A stretch of 64,000 bases of DNA from an uncultured Gammaproteobacteria bacterium (lineage in GTDB: Bacteria; Patescibacteriota; Patescibacteriia; Magasanikbacterales; GWA2-37-8). This document shows, piece by piece, positions 29,965 to 40,200 of this stretch. Position 1 is the stretch's first letter; each line of letters starts with the position of its first letter. The notes beneath the pieces are model-generated. The model ran no database searches and was not told the DNA's origin. It saw nothing but the letters and a program-made list of their open reading frames with translations. Both the position numbers and the translations under genes were made by a program. The stretch is from positions 3,248-67,247 of the forward strand of contig CAYUHX010000003.1 of assembly GCA_964444705.1 (NCBI GenBank), written 5' to 3'.

Positions 29965-32163
29965 TTATTTTTTTTCATCAACCGGGAACCTATCATTCAC
30001 AATCTTTTTCAATTGGTCTCTGAGCCCGCCTGTTCGAGTAATTCCACTAAGAAGCATCGCTTCATTTAAAGGACCGCGAACCCCTCGTTCCGCGAGGGTA
30101 TCTAATATCATATTTAATTCTTTAATGCTCTCAATGGTTTTTGCTAACGAAACTGGAGCACCGTCACTGCCTTTTAAATCACCCTCTTTCCAAGAATTAA
30201 GTGTTTTGAGTATCTGTTCAATAGAGAGATTTTTAAAACCTTCTCTCTTCACAAAATCAAATGAATCATAACTACTCACTTCTCGACGTTTCATTTCTCG
30301 ATTGACTACATGCAATTTTCGAGCGGTTAATAGAGCGTCATGTAACTTGAAATCAACATCTTCACCCCGAGCCATTTTCGCTTCTATATCGTTAATTAGC
30401 CCCTCTACTAATTTTGGGGTGTAACGATCAGTACGAGCGTATTTTTTATACTCATTACCCAAACTCTCAGTCAGGGATTCCTTCATTCCATTTAAGGTCT
30501 CCCCATCCAGAGATAGAAGTGAAGTATCAGCATCAGGCAATGCAATCTTATCGAGTTTAGCAAACTCTCTTTGAAGAGTTGCTGCGGTTTGAGCTCGTTC
30601 ATTGTCTAATTTATGAATTTCTTTAATATTTTGCAAACCTTCAATCATGACCGCGCTTTTAACTCCTCTCTTTTTCTTTTCACGCGCAATCTGATTGTCA
30701 ATTTCTTCATCACTTTCTAGCGCATATTGGGCTAATCTTGGCTCTAATTTAATTTGTTCATCAAGCTCATCCTCACGCGGCGTCAGCTCGGGTAAAAGCT
30801 CTTCAAGATTAAGGCGCATTGCCTCAATTGAGTGTACATTAGCTGGACGAGCCGCTTCAGCTGCACGGGCTTCAGCCACAGCGCGCGGTTCACCAGCAGT
30901 GGCTCTCACACGCACTGAACCTGAAACACCAGCATGTTCGCCAGAAATACGGAAATTGGCAGTACGTGGAACGGTGTTGCCAGCAGCAGCTGTTGGTGTC
31001 TCAGCTGCAGACTGAACTGTTTCTTTTTTCTTAAAAAAACCAGTTACCGCTTTCCACGCTCCTTTGAAACCATTTCCAAAACGAGAAAGCAAACTTTGTT
31101 TTTTTATTTTTAATCCATCTAATAACGCCTTTGTTTCAGCATCTACCTGCGCTTGAGTAGCGTTTTCAATGGTGTGGGCAGCTTCGTCTAACTCTTCATC
31201 AATCGCCGCACTTTGTTTTTCAGCAACGTTTTCCATTTCCTTCATCGCTCCCTCCACCGCATATTCAGCATAATATTCTTCTGTTGCTTTGTCTGACAAA
31301 ATTTCGTTTACATCTCTCAAAGCTTGATCAAATTCAGCTCGATCAGCATCGTTTGATGCTTTTTCTTTAGCTGCCTCCACAGCTTTATCGGCAGCAATAA
31401 CTTCTTTACCATTATCAAGAGTATCTTTAAGCACGGCATCAAATTCAGCTTTATCTTCGGCTTTAGATTTTTTCATCTCCGCCAACTTAGCCCGCAATTC
31501 TGTCATGTTTTTTCTCGTCGCTTCTGGCGCCAGTCCTTTGCCGCCTGATTTAGCAAGATAGGCATCCACCTTTGCATCACGAGCAGCTTTTTCTTTAGCG
31601 GTATCTTTTTGTTCAGCCTTCAAATCTTCCGCACCAGCATTCGCTAACACATCTTTTGCATCCAAAATCTCACCCGTAGTTTGGTCAACGTATGAATCTT
31701 TCAATTTCACTTGACTCATCACATCGCCTTTTATACCACCGGCGGCAGAACGAATAGCCGCTTCTTGATTACGTACATCACGATGTTTTTCTTCGTAAAA
31801 TTTGTCTCTTTTTCGATCATACTTATCTGCTCGAGCGGCAGCTTCAGCTTCTGAAGCGGCGGCAGATTTTTTTGTTGGTTTATACGTCCCAAGATTGGCA
31901 CGAATTTTATCCATCCGAGCTTGTTGATCAGTACTAATGTCTAACACCTTTTTAACAGCTTTATTTATTAAACTCGTTTTTTCTTTTTGGCCCAGCTGAC
32001 CACCAGGCGCATTTTCTACTGCCACAATCATAGCATCGGTCACTTCGCTTTCCACCGAATAATCACCGTTTGCCCTTTTCAAAGCTTCTGGGCTATTCAA
32101 CAAAGACTCACGCACCGCGGCGTCGGTTGATTGTTTTCCCCCACGTTCTTGGAGCTGGGCCAT
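29965..32163 (-). CDS. Large Ala/Glu/Lys-rich helical hypothetical protein
   Basis: 732-aa ORF, coiled-coil-like composition, no recognised domain. Confidence 0.8.
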   Translation of the reverse strand: MAQLQERGGKQSTDAAVRESLLNSPEALKRANGDYSVESEVTDAMIVAVENAPGGQLGQKEKTSLINKAVKKVLDISTDQQARMDKIRANLGTYKPTKKSAAASEAEAAARADKYDRKRDKFYEEKHRDVRNQEAAIRSAAGGIKGDVMSQVKLKDSYVDQTTGEILDAKDVLANAGAEDLKAEQKDTAKEKAARDAKVDAYLAKSGGKGLAPEATRKNMTELRAKLAEMKKSKAEDKAEFDAVLKDTLDNGKEVIAADKAVEAAKEKASNDADRAEFDQALRDVNEILSDKATEEYYAEYAVEGAMKEMENVAEKQSAAIDEELDEAAHTIENATQAQVDAETKALLDGLKIKKQSLLSRFGNGFKGAWKAVTGFFKKKETVQSAAETPTAAAGNTVPRTANFRISGEHAGVSGSVRVRATAGEPRAVAEARAAEAARPANVHSIEAMRLNLEELLPELTPREDELDEQIKLEPRLAQYALESDEEIDNQIAREKKKRGVKSAVMIEGLQNIKEIHKLDNERAQTAATLQREFAKLDKIALPDADTSLLSLDGETLNGMKESLTESLGNEYKKYARTDRYTPKLVEGLINDIEAKMARGEDVDFKLHDALLTARKLHVVNREMKRREVSSYDSFDFVKREGFKNLSIEQILKTLNSWKEGDLKGSDGAPVSLAKTIESIKELNMILDTLAERGVRGPLNEAMLLSGITRTGGLRDQLKKIVNDRFPVDEKK

Positions 32164-32173
32164 ATGTGTATGT

Positions 32174-32347
32174 TTAAAGATTATTTATTTTAGAATAGAT
32201 ATTTTTAACTTTTTGTGTGTCTGCCTTTTCAATCGCTTTTGCAACAATTTCTTGCTTTTCTTTTCTAATTTCAGCTAAACCTTGAAGAAAATCGATAAAG
32301 TCATTAAACGCGTCAGCAAGCACTTTTTTCAATTCGTCGATGGTCAT
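32174..32347 (-). CDS. Small helical protein, 57 aa (below ORF-track cutoff)
   Basis: MTIDELKKVLADAFNDFIDFLQGLAEIRKEKQEIVAKAIEKADTQKVKNIYSKINNL; own promoter upstream; stop 10 nt before the 732-aa gene. Confidence 0.75.
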   Translation of the reverse strand: MTIDELKKVLADAFNDFIDFLQGLAEIRKEKQEIVAKAIEKADTQKVKNIYSKINNL

Positions 32348-32376
32348 ACATTTGAATATACAGGTAAAACTCTTTC

Positions 32377-32405
32377 AGTATACCACAAAATAGTGTTTTT
32401 GTCAA
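32377..32405 (-). promoter_or_regulatory. Sigma70 promoter
   Basis: TTGACA-17nt-TATACT. Confidence 0.8.
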
Positions 32406-32407
32406 TC

Positions 32408-32436
32408 AAAAAATTCCGCTAGAAAAAGCGGAATTT
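32408..32436 (-). terminator. Terminator closing cassette 2
   Basis: aaattccgct/agcggaattt stem plus U tract on the minus strand. Confidence 0.8.
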
Positions 32437-32679
32437 CTGATTTTTTAGACAGAAAAGAAGCTATAGAGATGCGGAAAAGAAATTGTGATGAAGAGAATCT
32501 CATCATGGTGCTTCCTGCTAAATTTTGGCAGAAAAAACCGTGATGGGACCGCGCTGCGAGGCAGACGCGGCTGTGCCCTACCGAAGCTCTGGATTCGCCG
32601 GAGAGGCGATGCGCTTGGAAGCGCAAGCTTGGGCCAGCCGCGTGCACAGAACTTGAGTGCGGCTGATGGGAAGGTAGGT

Positions 32680-33894
32680 CTAGCGACCGGCGCGGGGCTG
32701 CGGGGCGAAGAGCGGCTGGGTCCGCTGGAACACGTGGTTCCGGGTGACCGTGCCGTCGTTGGTGATGGTGGCCTTGACCGCGGCCTCGCGCTGGGCCTCG
32801 CGGTCCTCGTGGCGCTTGAACATCTTGTCCAGGGCGTCGCCGTCCGGGAGCTTGTTCAGGTCGGCCCGGGTGGCGAGCGGCGCCAGGTCGGCGCGGGTCG
32901 CCGCCTCGCCCACGTGCGCGCTCATGGCCTGCATCAGGGTCCTGCCCTTGCTGTCGGTGACGGCGTTGCGGATCGCCCGGGTGTCGCTCTCGATGCCGCG
33001 CACGTCCTCGTGGACGGCGGTGAGCTGCGAGCGGGTACCGCTCACGTTGCCGTTGATGAACAGCGTGCTCACCAGGGCGGCGGCGCCCAAGGCGCAGGCG
33101 ACGATGGCGAAGGTGCGGATGTTGGCGACGGTGGCGATGATCACGCCGAGGCGCCGGTCCAGGCGCTCCTCGGCGCCATAGAGGTGGTGCTGAGCGACCA
33201 GATCGTCCAGGTCCTTCCGGCGCGCCAGGGGCTCCAGGTCGTCGGCGGTGACGAGGCCGGCCTTGTTCAACCGGCCGACCACGGCCTGGGCGATCGCGTC
33301 GCCGCTGAGGATCTTGCCGGCCAGGGTCTCCGCCAGCTTGGCCATCTCGGCCTGGGTGGTGACCCCGTACTCCTTCAAGATCGCCTTCATCCGATCCGCG
33401 GTCGGCACCGATCCCATGTCGCGGTGGATCGCCTTGACCATCTCATCGGTGGTCAGCGGCGGGCGCGGCGGGGTCAGCGGCGGGCGCGAGTCGGGGCGGG
33501 ACTGGGTGCCGTTGCCGGTGCCGGGCAGGGTGGGGGTGCGGGACTGGGGCTGCGGGCCCGTGGGGCTCTTGGAGGGCTGCTGGGCGGGGGCGCCGTTGGC
33601 CGGGGCGGCCGCCTTGTCGCCGTTGGTGGCCGGGACGGCCACGGGCTGGGCCGGGGCGGCCGCGGCGGGCTGCTTGGTGCCGGCGGGGGCGCCGTTGGCC
33701 TGCGGGGCGACGTCCTGCTTCTCGGTCTTGCCGCCGCCCACATCCTCCATCGGGATGGGGATGCTGCCGCTGTCCCCGGGCTTGGCCTGGGGCTGCTGCG
33801 CCAACTGGAGGGCGGTGCCGATGGGCAGGGTGCCGGTGACGGGCGGCTGGCCAGCGGGCAGGACGGGGGACGAGGGACCAGTCTGGGTCTGCAT
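32680..33894 (-). CDS. Pro/Gln/Ala-rich membrane protein with ATRADL-type repeats (high-GC cassette 2)
   Basis: SD caaggag; frame with GC-ending codons; TM segment; VTADDL/ARRKDL/ATRADL repeats. Confidence 0.8.
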   Translation of the reverse strand: MQTQTGPSSPVLPAGQPPVTGTLPIGTALQLAQQPQAKPGDSGSIPIPMEDVGGGKTEKQDVAPQANGAPAGTKQPAAAAPAQPVAVPATNGDKAAAPANGAPAQQPSKSPTGPQPQSRTPTLPGTGNGTQSRPDSRPPLTPPRPPLTTDEMVKAIHRDMGSVPTADRMKAILKEYGVTTQAEMAKLAETLAGKILSGDAIAQAVVGRLNKAGLVTADDLEPLARRKDLDDLVAQHHLYGAEERLDRRLGVIIATVANIRTFAIVACALGAAALVSTLFINGNVSGTRSQLTAVHEDVRGIESDTRAIRNAVTDSKGRTLMQAMSAHVGEAATRADLAPLATRADLNKLPDGDALDKMFKRHEDREAQREAAVKATITNDGTVTRNHVFQRTQPLFAPQPRAGR

Positions 33895-34160
33895 TGCGGT
33901 ACTCCTTGATGTCTGCTGTTTTCGGTGAACTGGAAAAAAAACCCTTGCTCATGTGTGGAGTTCCCCCCACAAAGACAGGGTATTCGACGCTTGAACTATT
34001 CAAGCGACAAATACCCCATCTTTTGAGAGGAAGCTTTTTCCGCTCATAAACCTACCTTAAATTGTAAAGAACTTATTTCGGCCAAAAAAGACCATTTCTT
34101 TTTTGACTTTAGGCTGTTTAAACAGTGCTTTATTTCTTTCAATTGTTTAAACAACAAATC

Positions 34161-34189
34161 ATAATAGCACATTTTTGCCTTTTTGTCAA
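34161..34189 (-). promoter_or_regulatory. Sigma70 promoter of cassette 2
   Basis: TTGACA-17nt-TATTAT with TG extension. Confidence 0.8.
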
Positions 34190-34210
34190 GACTGAAAAGC
34201 CGCTAGAAAT

Positions 34211-34242
34211 AGCAAAAAGTAGCCAGGTGGCTACTTTTTGCT
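34211..34242 (-). terminator. Terminator after the 2189-aa gene
   Basis: agcaaaaagtagcc-aggt-ggctactttttgct, 14-bp stem. Confidence 0.8.
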
Positions 34243-34253
34243 CTATTTTAAGT

Positions 34254-37200
34254 TTATTTTGTACTGAAGAGACCTGATCGTTCGATAAAATCGCGCGAAC
34301 TATCATACCTAAATGTACTCCCAGAGGTGGTTTTTACCACAATGGCACCAGTACCAATCTCACGATTAAAGACAAAATCTTTGTTATAAATAAGTGTCTT
34401 TTGTCCATCGACAGGATTAAGCGCCAATATCGCATGACTATCTTGTGCGGTGACCACAGGATGGTCGGCATCAAGACGATAATGATTCAATAATAATCTT
34501 ACTTCAGCACTTCCTTCTCCAGAAGGACGTAATAGCTCAAATACCTTATTCGGATCAATTGATTCATTTTTGATATCTTTCAGCACTTCTGCAGTTTGCA
34601 GCATTCTCTCGCTGCTTAACGACACTCTCCCACTTCCCTGCAGAACACCATTCATGTTTTGCTGCCAATCTCTAAGACGACTCAAAGCTTGAGCAGCCGG
34701 GTTTGATTCACGATCAGCTGATACAACTTTTACATTACCAAGATACCTCTCAATTTGTCGGCCGAAGGTACTTACCTGCGCCTCTACTTCATTTCGATTA
34801 CCGAGTTCACGAAATACCGCTGGAAGTTCTGCCTCCGCAGCCGTGCTTTCTACCACACTTGTTCTCGCTGCTGGCGCAGTTGATTTTGTTTCTAGTGCTG
34901 CCGCACCACGGGTGGCGGCCGGTTGCTCAGCGCCGACAGGCAATTTCCACGCTTCTTTTTCAGGGTCAAAACGAGTGATCACTTCTTCTCTTGCCACATC
35001 TTTTCCTTCTAAGACCACACGTACAGATCGACCATCTACCTGAATTTTCTCTGGATCTAAATTATCTAAGATAAATGGACCATTACTTTCGCGCGTATTG
35101 CCAATATAGACTTCAGCTTTTTTCTGCAAATCTTGCGGATCAACTTTCCATTGTGTTTCACGCACCTCACCGTGACCTGAGCCGCCAATCAAGGGGGCTT
35201 TACGCTCATCGAAGCCGAAGAAGCGCACGTTACCACGGAGTGAGAAATGATGCACTTCGTCTGCACCAAACTCGGCGTTGGCAATTTCGGTGGTGCCTTT
35301 GGCCTGAAGCAAGCGGCCAGTGGCATGAATAAGGGCCTGTTTTTCAGCCGCAGGCAACGTAGTCATTCTTTGATATTTGTCTACCAACTCTGGCAAAGAA
35401 TCACTACTTGGTTTTAAACCCGCTTCTTTCAAATACTCCAAGTGATGCCCACTAAAATTTTGGGATTTCAAGAAAGCCAACGCTTGTTCGGTGCCACCGT
35501 GAGCCAAGAGTTGTTCAAACGTAGCCTGCTTTACATCGCGCAGCACTTCGTATGGGGTATCAACTGCACTCTTAAACACATCACCGTGGAGCGATGAGGG
35601 GTGATTGCCCGAAGTACTCGCTTTCAAAATAGTCTGCAGTGATTCAGGGTTAGCGAGTGAAGGATATTTTTTAACAAGCGCAGCGAAAAAGACGCCAGTG
35701 TCTTTATCATCGATGATTTTTTCTCTTTCGCCAAAGGTCTTGAGTTCAGCAAACACATTTGATTCTTTTCTTCTTTCCGCAAGCGCACCAGCACCATCAG
35801 CAATTCGTCTTAAGGCTTCAGGCCCAGCTGCCTGCCCTGGTTCGGCCTTCGTAAGTAAACTACGGCCAAGTTCGGCAGCTCCTTGCTCCAAACTCACCGC
35901 CGCATTTTTCATCGCTCCAGGAATCCCGGCTAAACGCTCCGCGGTCTGCACCGTACCACCAACTGCATTATTATATAAAGCAGCCCCTAATTCTTTTTGT
36001 TCAAAGGCTCCAATCAATTTATCAATTGCTTGACTGGCGTGGGTATCAGTATTACCAAGCACAATGTCGGTAAGGCCCACTGCTCGTGCCATTGTTCCAA
36101 ACGCACTCACAAAGTCTGCGCCACGACGAACGACACCACCTTCTCCTTTGCGGCCTTTACCTCTAATCGCACTCCACCATTCTCCCAATGAGGTTAACAT
36201 TTCCTCTTTCACTGCTTTGGCACGATCGGCTTTTTCACCTTCTTGACCAGCACGATCAAGACCTTTGCTCACCATTTCAACGAGTGACATGGCACCATAC
36301 GCCGCGCCGCGCCACAAAGGCATACCAGCGAAGACCAAAGCCGTGTTTGCCACATCACGCACGCGAGCAATGGTTGAATTTTTACTATACAAAAATGCTT
36401 CGAGTGTTTTTTGCACTTTTTCATTACGCTGTTTAGTTTTATTTTCTGCCCCATCTTTATATTGATCAAACAGCACTTCTAAACGGCCAATAAGTTTTTC
36501 CTTCTCGGCAGGGTCAATAAAACGAGAATTTAAGATATTACCATTTACCCGAGTGAATCTTTCTTGCACACGAGCATCACTCTGTTCAATGGCCACATCC
36601 CGATTTTTCCAAAGTGCAAACACCTCTTCCATACCCCGAGCAATGAGCGCACGCTCAGCCTTGGCGTCTTGTCTTTCTTTAAAATAATTATAGATGTCGC
36701 CTTTTTTACGGATCGCTAATCCAAGATCGGCGAACGTCTTGAAACCAAACACTGAAAATACTGTGTCATACGTGGCTTTGCCGGCAGCCTTCCAAAAATC
36801 TTTGCTGGTAAATAATTCTTTTGTACCTTTCCAGAAACGACTAAGCACACCTTTCTTCTCTGCCGGCGGCACAACTCTTTCAATCCTGGTGGGCGAAGGC
36901 GCTGCCTCTGCCGCAGACAAATCCTCAACAAACGGCCTGTCAGCAGAACGATTAAAGGTTTCTGCTAATTCTGCCAAGGTTGAATCTTCCACAATAATCG
37001 ACGAAGCTGGCTTTGCACTCTCAGGTGACGAGGCAACAGACTCAACCATACCAGCCGCACCCATTCTCTCTCGATCGGGCGCAGCTACGGCGGCACTGAG
37101 CGCAGCCAATTCTTGAGCGGCCCCAGCAGCCGGTGTTACTATTTCTTTTGTCACGGCAGGAGCAGCTTCTTTTGGTTTTGCCGCTGGTTTTTCGGCACCA

Positions 37201-40200
37201 CCAAACGTCGCCAAAAGATTGGCAAAGTAGCCCACTAAACGATTGAGATTATCAACATCTTCGGTAGTGGCCTTTGGATGATTAAGAATTCTTCTTAACA
37301 TTTTGTCCGCCCGATCATACTCTTCGGCGTTTAAAAACACACCACTTTCAATCATGTTGTTCCAATAAGTGATTGCTTCCCCTTGCAAGGCTTCGGCCGC
37401 AGCCGCTCGCGCTTCTTTTAACGCCAACTCACGTCGTGCCTTCAGATCTTTCATTCCTTCGTTTTCAAACCACACTTTCCAGTAGGTGCCAGTGAGTAAG
37501 CGATCAATTTCGTTTCTAAATGTATGATCGGGATGCATACCAAATGATTCTTTTTTACCCGCTGCTTTATCGGCATGCCAAAGCTGTTGCGCTTTCTCAA
37601 TGGCTTCGTCAAGCGTAAGCGCTTTGCTTTCTTCCTTTTTTGATTCGGCACCGACTATTACATCACCGGCTCCAATTCGAGAAACACCAATACGAAAACC
37701 TTCATCAGCTTTCTCTGCTGATTTTTCGGTACGAATAGCTTTACGAAATTCTTCAACCGCAAAACGCGCTTCTTTACGGGCAACAGTATCTGATTTTCCT
37801 TGTGTTATCGCGCGCCAATAGGCCCCCACCCGTATTTCTTGAGCTTCATTCTCTGGTTTAAAATCAGAATTGATACCCCAACGCTCTTCATTGCCCTCAT
37901 CGGCAGGTTCTGGCTTGACCAGTCTGGCTTCAGCAATATACCGACGAGCGTCTTCGAGCGTGATCGGTCGAAGATCAGGGCCAATGTCTGAAACCTCTTG
38001 CCCTGGCTTAGCTCCTTTCGCTTCAGACTCAGCGGTGACCAAACGTTCAAACCGTCGTACCAAAAAATTAAGACGATCGATATCTTCCACCGAAAAATAG
38101 GGGTGAGTATTGATTTTTTCTAATAATTTTTCCCCATCTTTTACCTTTGCCACCGCTTCTCCGGCGTTAAGCCAGATATCAAGCGCTTGATCACGAAGAA
38201 AATAGGCCGCAGTGGCACAGGCTTCTTTTTGAGCCACACCATCATTTTTACCTTCAAAATGAGCGCGCCAAAATGCGCCTACGCGAATAGTTTCAACCGG
38301 GCTCCGTGGTTTAAACGACGCCATGATTGGACCATCTTTTTCTTCTTTCTTACCTTTTTCAATAAAAGCATTGGCTTCATCCAAGGTAATCGGCCGAGGG
38401 CTCAAAAATGCTTCACTCTCCCCGGTTTCCTGCTTTCTTACTTCAGCAGCACCCGCACTTCGTTCTGGCATCTTCCACAAACCACGAATACCGGCAACCG
38501 GAATGTTCAATCGCTGCACCACCTGCCCATACAACATGCCAAACCTATTTAAATTTGGTTCTTTTGTTGCCGAACCAAGATTGCCGCGCAATTGGTGCAG
38601 GTTTTTAATCAATTGCTCGTCTTTTTCTAAGGCGCTGGCATGATTCTTTTTAAGATAGGTAAGAAGGTCGTTAAATTGCTGCTCGCCTTCTTGTTTAGAT
38701 GCAGCGGCAACATAGTCAGCACCGGGCGCAACCTCACTCGGTCGAACTTGTTCTTTCAATAATGCAAAATTTGCAGAAAATTCTTTCAATGCCTCTTCAA
38801 AAGCGGCGGCTTCTTGCTCTCCCCGCGCATCCCACAATAATAATCTTTCCAAGGCTGCTTCTACCTCACCAAACTCTTTGGTTTTTTCTTTTCTTCTCTC
38901 TGCATAGGCATCACCAAGCGCCGTATAAAACTCAGTGTATTGTTTAAGAATACGTTCTTTTTTTCTAAATAGTGTGCCAAAAATTTTGGCTTCGGCGTTG
39001 GCCGCCGCCTTAACTTTATCGACATCAAATTTTCCACCACTCCTCTTTTTTTCTTCGCCTGCTTCTAACCACACCCGGCCACGCACACCACTAAATATCA
39101 AATCGGTTTCTGTAGATCCTTCTTTTTCTTCCCATTTTTCAGGTTTGAATTCTTTTAATTTTTTCAAATAATTTTCGAACTTGGCTCGTATTTCGGTAAA
39201 CGAATCACCGGCGGCTTTTTCTACCTCTTGAGCAGAGATGCCGGTAAACACCTCACGCGAAACTTCTTGAACAAAATTAAAATTCGAATCGGCCTTACCA
39301 ACAAGAGAAGCAACAATCTTTCCACACTTCTCAGCCAAAACCTCTATTTGTGTAGTAAATCGAGCAGTAAATGGTTCTGAAGAAATTTTCTTTCTCAAAT
39401 CTTCAATTTGACCAAGCAAACTTGACGAATCTGAATTCTTACCGAGATGCTGTGCAGTCATTCGACCAATCACTGGCATTATTTCTCCTAGCTTAACTTT
39501 TTCATCTACTTCAGACTTAATTCTGCTTAATACCTTACCCATCGCCACCAAATATTCTAGTGCAGTCTTTTTTTGCTCTTCAGAAGAAAGTTCTGTGGCT
39601 TCAACAACAGGTGCGGAAGGAAGCTCTGGCGCGGGCGCGGCCTCAGGGGCAGGAGCAGTATTTGTGGTTCTATCAGCGACGACGCGGTTAACAGAAAATT
39701 TTCCAGATTCCGTAAAAGGTTTTAGATCTTTAATTTGATCTCCAGTACCTGATTGAGAAATCGTATAATGTCTTCCATCAAACACCAATTTCAAACCCGC
39801 GGCTACTGGAGGAACTACCTGACGCCCCGCGTCAGCTTGATTTGTGACATCGGGGGCAGCTGCTTCAACCACAACAGGTGCAGCCTCGGCAATAGCAGCA
39901 GCTAACTGAACTCGAGCGGCCGCAACTTGTGCACGCAATGCTTGCTGAGCAGCAACCTCGCGATCTTTCTTTTCCAACCAGGCTTCAAACCGAGCTTGAT
40001 ACTCTTCTAAACGAGCCGCCACAGCTGAAAGATCTGTAGTTTTAGGATCTGCATCTTTTAGATCGCGGGAAAATTCAGCTGCTTCATCAGACAGAACATC
40101 TAATTCATCTCTTAACTTAGAGTTGTTTAATCCCCATCTTTGCAAATCTGAAGATTGCTCGGAGAATTGATTCAAAAAATCGATAAAACCTTTTTCTATC

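Noticed and set aside
32485-33909. 474-aa plus-strand ORF and other overlapping frames
   Set aside because: Antisense shadow of the high-GC gene; the minus frame has the SD, promoter and GC-ending codons.
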